The notes beneath the pieces are model-generated. The model was given only the letters and a program-made list of their open reading frames with translations. It made no database searches and was not told the origin of the DNA. Source: a virus (Duplodnaviria > Heunggongvirae > Uroviricota > Caudoviricetes). From it: a DNA stretch of 64,000 nucleotides. The stretch's first letter is position 1. Every line of letters starts with the position of its first letter. Shown piece by piece: positions 57,438 to 64,000 of this stretch. A program made the position numbers and the translations under genes. Location of the stretch: IMG/VR virus record IMGVR_UViG_3300031088_000735. The stretch is one strand, 5' to 3'.

Positions 57438-57539
57438 TAGCACGTTAGCGTTGAATTAAAGACCTCTTAGTAGGTCTTTTTTGCTTTTTTGTCAAGATAA
57501 AATTAACCTAAATAATTGAAAAATAAGTGAAAAAAGTGC

Positions 57540-57568
57540 TTGACCCTAACGATGGTTTTCTCTATACT
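57540..57568 (+). promoter_or_regulatory. sigma70 promoter for the tRNA cluster
   Basis: ttgacc, 17 nt, tatact, about 165 nt upstream of the first tRNA. Confidence 0.55.
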
Positions 57569-57731
57569 TATCACATCAAGACGAAACGGAGAAACAAAAT
57601 CTTGCAACAATGACCCAGCACTTCTTACAAGTGGCTTGTTTTGGAACAACAACTTCGGTTGCCAATATAGCTTGTAAGTATGGAAAACTACTCGGTGCAG
57701 ACATAAATAGAGTAGACCACGACTGATATTA

Positions 57732-57816
57732 TGCCCATGTGGTGAAATTGGTAGACGCGGTGGATTCAAAATCCTCTGTCGAAAGACGTGCCGGTTCGAG
57801 TCCGGCCTTGGGCACC
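57732..57816 (+). tRNA. tRNA-Leu (anticodon CAA), type II with long variable arm, CCA encoded
   Basis: Acceptor gcccatg/cttgggc with one U-U; 3-bp D stem and ggtag D-loop; anticodon loop ttCAAaa; T-arm gccgg-ttcgagt-ccggc; 3' acca. Confidence 0.7.
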
Positions 57817-57829
57817 AAATTTAGAGTTA

Positions 57830-57914
57830 CGCCCGGTTGGTGAAATCGGTAGACACAGAAGACTTAAAATCTTCCGACGCAAGTCGTGCCAGTTCGAGTC
57901 TGGCACCGGGCACC
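57830..57914 (+). tRNA. tRNA-Leu (anticodon UAA), type II
   Basis: Acceptor gcccggt/accgggc; anticodon stem gaaga/tcttc with loop ctTAAaa; T-arm ccag-ttcgagt-ctgg; CCA encoded. Confidence 0.8.
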
Positions 57915-58310
57915 AGATTTAAAAAACAGTTGCATAACGTAGTAAAATGGCTTAAAATGGCCCCACATCAACGAGATAGAGGATAACAGATTTTTAGTAG
58001 GTTGGCATCCTGCTGATTCAAGCATAACCTAAGACCTTTGGTAGACAACTAAATCCAAAGTAGGGACTTTAATAAAGAACCAAAGTCGCTTGAAATAGAT
58101 TGCTAGGTATTTCTAAATAACTAATATAGACTATTAAATATAATGATTTAGATGAATTGTAACACACTTTAAAATTAACCACTAAGCTAACTTAATCTAA
58201 GTGCCAGAGGTGAGCTACCGATGAAGCGTTAATCACTATTAAACTTTAATTCGGCGTATTTAACTTGATGTTATAGATGGTTTCGGCAGCGTCCTTAACC
58301 ATCAAACTAT

Positions 58311-58387
58311 GGGACTTTAGCTCAGTTGGTTAGAGCGTCCGACTCATAATCGGCAGGTCGTAGGTTCAAGTCCTACAAGTCCCACCA
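58311..58387 (+). tRNA. tRNA with anticodon CAU (Met, or Ile if lysidinylated)
   Basis: Perfect acceptor gggactt/aagtccc; D gctc-agttggttag-agcg; anticodon stem tccga/tcgga with loop ctCATaa; T-arm gtagg-ttcaagt-cctac; CCA encoded. Confidence 0.8.
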
Positions 58388-58391
58388 GATA

Positions 58392-58419
58392 CCTAATCCG
58401 GCAGAAATGTCGGATTTTT
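58392..58419 (+). terminator. rho-independent terminator after the tRNA cluster
   Basis: atccggca-GAAA-tgtcggat plus T6. Confidence 0.6.
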
Positions 58420-58500
58420 TGCTTAAGTCATGGCGTAAACCTTATTTTCATGTTATACTCATGTTTTATTAGTCAAACATAACCCACTCCAGAGGTTCTT

Positions 58501-58839
58501 ATGATCGAAATTTCCATTTCCGATATGGTTTTTGTTAAAGCGGCTGCAGATGAACTTGAAGCTACCTTTTCTGATATGTCTGGTCGGATAACCGAAGATG
58601 TTCCGGGTTCGTTCAAAGCAGCTTGTTTCCAAGTTTCCTATGAAATCAACGCCAAATTTGGCACCCATCAGTTTGCTGTTTACAGCTATTTGCGTAGCCG
58701 CATTTTGGAAAATCCTCAGCATGAGGTTGTCGAAGAATTCAATAGCCTCAATAAAGTGTTTATCATGGCTATCAAGATTGCTGGTGAACGTTTCCGTAAG
58801 ACTTTGGTTGAAGCCCGTGAAAAACGTGTAGCAGGTTGA
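58501..58839 (+). CDS. hypothetical protein
   Basis: Promoter tgttatact; RBS agaggt. Confidence 0.5.
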   Translation: MIEISISDMVFVKAAADELEATFSDMSGRITEDVPGSFKAACFQVSYEINAKFGTHQFAVYSYLRSRILENPQHEVVEEFNSLNKVFIMAIKIAGERFRKTLVEAREKRVAG

Positions 58840-58891
58840 TTTAAAAAACTCTTTTATGGTATAATCACCATCTACTTTTTGGAGAATCATC

Positions 58892-59086
58892 ATGAAATTT
58901 ACACCTAACGCTCAAATCTACGTGAATGGCCTTGGTGCTTGGTTTCGCATTATTGACCAGACTGATGATAAAGTTCGCTTGGTGGATTGTGATGGTCATG
59001 CCAAATGGGAAAGCAAAGTGGAAATTTCTTCTTTGATGGATAAAGAAGAACCTTCGCTGACCACTGATGGCGAAATTCAGTGGTAA
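58892..59086 (+). CDS. hypothetical protein
   Basis: RBS ggagaa; promoter tggtataat. Confidence 0.45.
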   Translation: MKFTPNAQIYVNGLGAWFRIIDQTDDKVRLVDCDGHAKWESKVEISSLMDKEEPSLTTDGEIQW

Positions 59087-59180
59087 AATTTTAAAAAAGT
59101 GCTTTACACAAAAGTTGTTTTTAGTTATACTTAACCCATCAAAACGAAACAACACAATCAACTAGTTAGGAGATACAAAA

Positions 59181-59315
59181 ATGCAAGGCTCTTTCGGTGA
59201 CGCAACTGAACGCTTCCGTGGTGGTAAGAAGAAAGACAATGAACAAGCGAAGTTTCACAAAAAAGACAGCGATTTCCGTAAACGTCGTCGCAATCGTCAT
59301 CAAGACTCTGAATGA
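59181..59315 (+). CDS. small highly basic protein (44 aa), copy 2 (MQGSFGDATERFRGGKKKDNEQAKFHKKDSDFRKRRRNRHQDSE)
   Basis: RBS aggag; 36/43 aa identical to 11702..11833 with different codons throughout, so it is an old duplicate under selection, not a recent repeat. Confidence 0.45.
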   Translation: MQGSFGDATERFRGGKKKDNEQAKFHKKDSDFRKRRRNRHQDSE

Positions 59316-59432
59316 GTCTTGAACATCTGAAAAAGGCATCCGAAAGGGTGCTTTTTTTTTATCTTAAAATAACGTATTGCTTTTAAAACTGTTTTTTGTT
59401 ATACTGTCACGTCAATCAAAAAAAGGTGAGTT

Positions 59433-59810
59433 ATGAAAAATGTCATTGTCTTTCAAGACCGCTTTGTCGAAGATCCCCGAATCTATAAGTTAGATGAGAA
59501 GCAGACTTTCTATGATTCCCTGACAGAACCGGGTAAAGGATTTAGTGTTCAAACCACCATTGATTACGCCAATGGATTTACATTCTTTGATACCGTTCCA
59601 GAAGCCGAACTCTGGATTAAAGAACGTATTACTGGAGTTGTTGATGCTGCTGACGCTGATGTGTTCTGCCCTAAGTGCAATCGTGGCTATGAGGCCCGTG
59701 ACAAGTCGGAAGATGAATGGGTGTGGGTCTACAACAAAACGTGTGCTTGTGACCATACGTTCAAGGTAGAAGGCCGTCAAATCATCTTGTATAAAGTTAT
59801 CACTGATTAG
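59433..59810 (+). CDS. hypothetical protein with Cys4 cluster
   Basis: CPKCNRG...CACDH; RBS aaggtga. Confidence 0.5.
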   Translation: MKNVIVFQDRFVEDPRIYKLDEKQTFYDSLTEPGKGFSVQTTIDYANGFTFFDTVPEAELWIKERITGVVDAADADVFCPKCNRGYEARDKSEDEWVWVYNKTCACDHTFKVEGRQIILYKVITD

Positions 59811-59821
59811 GAGATATTTTC

Positions 59822-60181
59822 ATGAGACAGAAAAAAGTAAAAGAAGTTGAGGTGGATGAAAAATCGAAAGAGTTCATTGCCTTTAAAGAGCAGTTTAAAT
59901 ATCGAATGGGTAAAGATAAGAAATCTTTCTATATGTCTGAAACCAGTTCGTCTATTGCTGATACAGCCGTGGCTAAGCCGCCCCACTACGAAATCACCTT
60001 GGCGTTGTTTCCAAAAAGCTCTTTGACGGATTTTTTGGTAATTGCAGAAGAAATTTACAACAAGGGTCAGTCGTATATGGATGAAATTCAAGACTATTAC
60101 GACACTCATTACCCAGAATATTCTTTCCAAATCAGCTTTGTTGACTTGTATCGAATTTATCTGAAACATAAAACAGCTTGA
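59822..60181 (+). CDS. hypothetical protein
   Basis: RBS aggaga overlaps the upstream stop. Confidence 0.5.
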   Translation: MRQKKVKEVEVDEKSKEFIAFKEQFKYRMGKDKKSFYMSETSSSIADTAVAKPPHYEITLALFPKSSLTDFLVIAEEIYNKGQSYMDEIQDYYDTHYPEYSFQISFVDLYRIYLKHKTA

Positions 60182-60211
60182 CTTCTCAGTCTATTTGTTA
60201 TACTATTAACG

Positions 60212-60339
60212 TCCTCCTTGGGTTGAAGTTGGTGATGTTTACCTGCGTAACTATTCCAGCGGAGTATGCAGTGGAATCGAAACGCGGCATATTTCCAATG
60301 GAAAACAATAACAGAAAGAGATCTTCGGATCTCTTTTTT
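60212..60339 (+). ncRNA. candidate sRNA 1 (promoter-to-terminator unit without an ORF)
   Basis: Promoter ttgact-N17-tactat (60178-60206), then about 105 nt with no start codon/RBS pair, then terminator aagagatcttcggatctctttttt (60316-60339). Confidence 0.35.
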
Positions 60340-60403
60340 GTTGCCTATTCTTTTTCATTTTGGTATAATGAACACCTTCCCACACATAACAAGGTATTTA
60401 AAA

Positions 60404-60577
60404 ATGTTGAAAGAACTTTGCAAAGAAGACGGCGTGATGTCCCCAGATTTCATGGCCGCAGTTGATGCTGGTGGTGAACTTCAAGTCAATACCGAAACTG
60501 TTGTCGGTTGGATTACTCTCGACCGTGATGAGGTTGAATTTCGTAATAGCCTTGAGTATCGTGTAAAAACGAAATAA
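60404..60577 (+). CDS. small hypothetical protein (57 aa)
   Basis: Promoter tggtataat at 60361; RBS aagg. Confidence 0.4.
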   Translation: MLKELCKEDGVMSPDFMAAVDAGGELQVNTETVVGWITLDRDEVEFRNSLEYRVKTK

Positions 60578-60723
60578 CTGATTTACCAGTTTGTGATTGC
60601 ATGGTTTCATTCGTGCGATACAACCCCAAACCTGCAGAGATGCAGGTTTTTTATTTTCCAAAATATAGTTTTTTTATTTTTTTTGTGGTATAATAAACAT
60701 CAAATCTCAGTGAGGTCAATCTC

Positions 60724-61167
60724 ATGCAAAAAGTATCCGCTTCTACACTCTTGACTGTTCTCAACAATGCAGATGATTCTGCACTGCGTAATGTCATGCC
60801 GCTCATTCAAGAAATCAAAGATATGCAAGGCAAAATCGGCGTGAAACAACTGATCATCGAAATCAACACTGATGAAGATTTTTTCGTCAATGGTGAATAT
60901 TCCTACAGGGGTGCGTTTCCCATTGATAATGGTTTTGTTGGTCAAGTCTATCTCAATGCCATCAATGGGCTTACCTTTTCACCATTGAAAGGCAAAGAAG
61001 AACGTCTGGCACGGTTTATGAGTTTTATTCGTGATTTGTCTGTCATCTCTGACCTGACTGTACATGGTAAGGCTGAAACAGGTGGCAATCAAACACTTAA
61101 CGCCTATGTCCACACTCCAGCAAACGTGCTTCATTTTGGCTCGGTTGTGATTGATTTGCAATCATAA
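60724..61167 (+). CDS. hypothetical protein
   Basis: RBS gaggt; promoter tggtataat. Confidence 0.5.
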   Translation: MQKVSASTLLTVLNNADDSALRNVMPLIQEIKDMQGKIGVKQLIIEINTDEDFFVNGEYSYRGAFPIDNGFVGQVYLNAINGLTFSPLKGKEERLARFMSFIRDLSVISDLTVHGKAETGGNQTLNAYVHTPANVLHFGSVVIDLQS

Positions 61168-61190
61168 CCTCAATCATACAGGTGATTTAA

Positions 61191-61403
61191 ATGACGACTA
61201 AACTGTTTTCGTTCTTTGATGATGCAAATGGTGTGTTAACCACTCAGCCAGCTCCGTATATTGAAGATGGCTGGTATATTGAAACGCATCCTGACGGTTC
61301 TTTCAAGGTTTTTGAAATTCCACTTCATGGTGGTGAGAATTTTGAAAAAGGTGAATTCACTTCGTTTAAACTGGCTTATGAGTTTGCACTTTCGTTGACT
61401 TAA
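61191..61403 (+). CDS. hypothetical protein
   Basis: RBS aggtga. Confidence 0.45.
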   Translation: MTTKLFSFFDDANGVLTTQPAPYIEDGWYIETHPDGSFKVFEIPLHGGENFEKGEFTSFKLAYEFALSLT

Positions 61404-61444
61404 TGCTTGCTTTTTAAAGTAAAATTTGTTATTGTATTTAAGTC

Positions 61445-61575
61445 GGCCTTTGAGCCATGTTTCACGGTGTAGGCGTTCTCCTATGACTCAACATTGACGG
61501 GTGTTGTTTAGTTTCCCTTTGAGGCAATCAAAAGACGGTTTTGATTACAGAAAGAGATCTTCGGATCTCTTTTTT
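61445..61575 (+). ncRNA. candidate sRNA 2 (shares an identical 3' terminator module with candidate 1)
   Basis: Promoter-like ttgctt-N17-tattgt at 61407-61435; ORF-free body; 3' end acagaaagagatcttcggatctcttttttgtt identical over 31 nt to 60309-60339. Confidence 0.35.
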
Positions 61576-61632
61576 GTTTTCTATTTTCTAACTTTATGGT
61601 ATAATTAATGCCTATCTTGATGAGTGACCACC

Positions 61633-62025
61633 ATGTCCAGTATTGCTCAGTTGGTTAATTTTGAATGCGACAAGCTCAATGAGTTGGCTGTCGATTTATT
61701 GACCACGCTTGAACGCAAATATGGTCAGCCTTCTTGTGGAAACAGTCGAGCCACGTTCATCAGTCGCCATTGTGTTATTAAATTTCCCCTCAATTTTAAA
61801 GGTCTTTTGGATAATTCGATTGAATCGAAAGTTCCAACAGATGACTATGCTCAGTATGCCAAAGGGCGTAAAATCAATCTGGGCGATTTTAACTGCTTGG
61901 TTCAAGAAAAATTGTCTATGCCAAAATCGTTCCTTGATTTACCTACATGGATCATGTCAATTGATTGCTGTCAGGTTGGTTATGATCGCAAAGGTCGCTT
62001 GAAAGCCTATGATTTTGCTTCTTGA
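61633..62025 (+). CDS. hypothetical protein
   Basis: Promoter tggtataat at about 61595. Confidence 0.5.
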   Translation: MSSIAQLVNFECDKLNELAVDLLTTLERKYGQPSCGNSRATFISRHCVIKFPLNFKGLLDNSIESKVPTDDYAQYAKGRKINLGDFNCLVQEKLSMPKSFLDLPTWIMSIDCCQVGYDRKGRLKAYDFAS

Positions 62026-62078
62026 TTAAAGCATAGGTTTTTGCTATAATTACGGCATCCCCTACTAAGGTTATCATC

Positions 62079-62453
62079 ATGAAATTGAGCGATTTGAAAG
62101 TCACCAAGCCTTACAGTCCTTATTGCAATCAGTTTGTGGTTGATGTTGTTTTTCGCCATGCAAATGACGATATCGATCAGCACGAACTTGTAGTTTTTCC
62201 AAAAGAGTCAACAAAGGCTGATGTTATAGAATTCATCAACTTCCTTGATGATGCGAACAGTTACACCATGCATTATTGCCAAGAACCGTCTGGTGTTTAT
62301 GGTTATGATAAATGGTGCAATCGTAGCAAGCCCGGTTTGTCTGGCTGGCCTGCTGATCACAACCGTAACTATTTCAGCGAAGTGGCGTATGTGACAGTGA
62401 CCTACTACGATGAAACTGGCACTCGCTTCAATGTTGAACAAGTTAAAGCATAA
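62079..62453 (+). CDS. hypothetical protein
   Basis: Promoter ttgctataat; RBS aaggt. Confidence 0.5.
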   Translation: MKLSDLKVTKPYSPYCNQFVVDVVFRHANDDIDQHELVVFPKESTKADVIEFINFLDDANSYTMHYCQEPSGVYGYDKWCNRSKPGLSGWPADHNRNYFSEVAYVTVTYYDETGTRFNVEQVKA

Positions 62454-62477
62454 TTACATCTTTGAAGGGTATCAAAT

Positions 62478-62948
62478 ATGCGTATTAATCGAAATTTGGA
62501 GTCGATTACTGCAGCTTCTGCAAAGTTCGCTAAGCATCAGCACCCTGTAAAGTCGATTTATGATTTTGAAAAAGCTATCGTCAAGATGGATCTTGAAAAA
62601 AACGTGTTTTCGATTACCTATCTGGAATCTTCCAGTCAAGATGGTGATGATGACAGTTTGTTTTACCAATCTTGTGACTCCGAATATTTTAACATTGACA
62701 GCACTGCTTTGATGTCTATTATTCGTTTCCATGTTGGTCTGGTGTTGCCAAAAGAAAAAAGCTTGATTGTTAGACAGATTGCTAGGGATGTGGTAAAATC
62801 CATGTCAGTCAAACACGCTTATACTTACGTTGGTTGGTATGGGCATTCTCAAGATTATTCGCAGTATGTTATCCCGATTGATGAATTTGTAAACTTGGTT
62901 GCTGCCGCCGTTATTCCGTCAACCGATATGGAAGTGTGCAAAGTGTAA
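62478..62948 (+). CDS. hypothetical protein
   Basis: RBS gaagggt. Confidence 0.5.
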   Translation: MRINRNLESITAASAKFAKHQHPVKSIYDFEKAIVKMDLEKNVFSITYLESSSQDGDDDSLFYQSCDSEYFNIDSTALMSIIRFHVGLVLPKEKSLIVRQIARDVVKSMSVKHAYTYVGWYGHSQDYSQYVIPIDEFVNLVAAAVIPSTDMEVCKV

Positions 62949-63056
62949 CTTACACGGATGTTTGGTAATTGAATGTTGTTGTTGGGTAAGAATAAATACA
63001 AGACCTGCCTATAGAATATTCGTAATCTTAATTCTATTCTCTGACAGGGGTTTACT

Positions 63057-63206
63057 ATGTTTAAAATGAAAAGAATGTTGTTGATTTATTTGGCCTTGAT
63101 TTTTACTGGTGGTGGCGATCACCATCAGCAGCATGACCGTTCACCATCTCAGTCCCGAGTGCGACGATTGAGCTTGTTGCACAACAAGGTCACCAAGCAA
63201 CATTGA
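63057..63206 (+). CDS. small hydrophobic-N-terminus peptide (49 aa), speculative
   Basis: RBS agggg; terminator at about 63215-63245. Confidence 0.25.
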   Translation: MFKMKRMLLIYLALIFTGGGDHHQQHDRSPSQSRVRRLSLLHNKVTKQH

Positions 63207-63313
63207 TTGAACAGAAGGCTACCGAGAGGTGGCCTTTTTGTTGCCTATAAAAAAGTCTTGAAAGAAAATGTGAATTTTGCTATAATGAGGTTACGTTAAA
63301 TTTAGGTGATCTT

Positions 63314-63574
63314 ATGACTATTTATCATTATCTTGGCATTACGCTTTTTGTCCTGTTTTGTGCTGCCATGATCTGGCAAATTTATTCTGATATGGTGGGT
63401 ATCGGGCATGATATTGCCCGTGGCTACGGTATTGCTAACGTTACTCATTCCGCTCAGGTTTTTGAGAAAACCGGTGTAGATTTACTGGGTGGCATTGATT
63501 ACATGCCCGCTACTAAACCATCCAAAAAGAAAACCATAAAGAAATCGAGGGATAGTTTTTCTTTTGAGCTTTAA
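63314..63574 (+). CDS. small membrane protein
   Basis: Promoter ttgctataat; RBS aggtga; N-terminal TM helix. Confidence 0.45.
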   Translation: MTIYHYLGITLFVLFCAAMIWQIYSDMVGIGHDIARGYGIANVTHSAQVFEKTGVDLLGGIDYMPATKPSKKKTIKKSRDSFSFEL

Positions 63575-63680
63575 AAAGATTGCATAAAAACTCGTTTTTG
63601 TGTATAATTAACCTAGCAAAACGAATTGAACAAAAGACAAGGGTTTCAGAACTGATTTACTCACCTATCGAGGATCTAAC

Positions 63681-63977
63681 ATGAATACTTCAACAGCTTC
63701 TAGTGGTCATTTGTTGTTTGTTAACGGTTCCATTATGGACGGCACTTTCGAGTGCGATTCTGAACAGTTGCCAGTGCTCAATGAAGCAATCACCACCTTT
63801 TCTGGTTTGGTCAACAAACATTCTTTGGAAACCAAACAAGTCCCGTTTTCTGGTGAAGTCTCCTTGGTCGAGCTGCTGACCTACATTCATGCTTACTACG
63901 ACATCAGCAACCCATTGCTTAAAGACATGGTTGAATGCCTGATGGTTGTTCATCGCAAGAGTGTTACGCTCCACTAA
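63681..63977 (+). CDS. hypothetical protein
   Basis: Promoter tgtgtataat; RBS gagga. Confidence 0.45.
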   Translation: MNTSTASSGHLLFVNGSIMDGTFECDSEQLPVLNEAITTFSGLVNKHSLETKQVPFSGEVSLVELLTYIHAYYDISNPLLKDMVECLMVVHRKSVTLH

Positions 63978-64000
63978 TGGAGCTAGACAAGAAACCTTAT

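Noticed and set aside
57915-58310. Searched for additional tRNA genes in the spacer
   Set aside because: No segment forms a cloverleaf with a GTTC-type T-loop and paired acceptor ends. Kept only as a possible stable-RNA region in the findings.
60178-60465. 95-aa ORF
   Set aside because: Reads through a terminator (60316-60339) and the next promoter, so it is not credible. The region is better explained as an sRNA unit followed by the promoter of gene 60404..60577.
1-64000. CRISPR arrays, rRNA genes, integrase/transposase or prophage att sites
   Set aside because: No direct-repeat/spacer arrays, no rRNA-like conserved stretches, no tyrosine/serine recombinase or DDE transposase motifs among the ORFs. 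The region looks like virulent-phage early/accessory DNA.

Overview
This 64-kb window looks like an early/accessory region of a large virulent T4-like phage of a Gram-negative host. Roughly 110 short genes are packed mostly on the + strand. Almost every one has its own sigma70-type promoter (TTGaca-N17-TATAAT, often with an extended TGn -10), a Shine-Dalgarno site and a 'GCTTCGGC'-style hairpin plus T-tract terminator. The tRNA genes lack introns, and there are no rRNA genes and no CRISPR arrays.

Enzymes recognisable from motifs:
- two tandem Rnl1-family RNA ligases
- a kinase-only polynucleotide-kinase-like P-loop protein
- a calcineurin-like metallophosphoesterase
- a 2H (HxS/HxT) phosphoesterase
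- oligoribonuclease (Orn)
- a CinA/PncC NMN deamidase
- a Nudix ADP-ribose pyrophosphatase
- cytidine deaminase
- three freestanding HNH endonucleases
- an SPFH/band-7 lipoprotein
- a secreted pentapeptide-repeat protein
- a tRNA cluster (Leu-CAA, Leu-UAA, Met/Ile-CAU)

Notable unexplained structure:
- AT-rich moron-like islands, including a 2.5-kb pair of about 400-aa paralogs and two minus-strand genes with identical terminators
- a three-member family of signal-peptide proteins built from about 88-aa two-cysteine repeats
- several tandem and dispersed paralog families duplicated together with their promoters and terminators
- a duplicated 43/44-aa highly basic protein, one copy followed by a tRNA-like element
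- three ORF-free promoter-to-terminator units that look like sRNAs, two sharing an identical 3' terminator module

Most ORFs have no assignable function from sequence alone.
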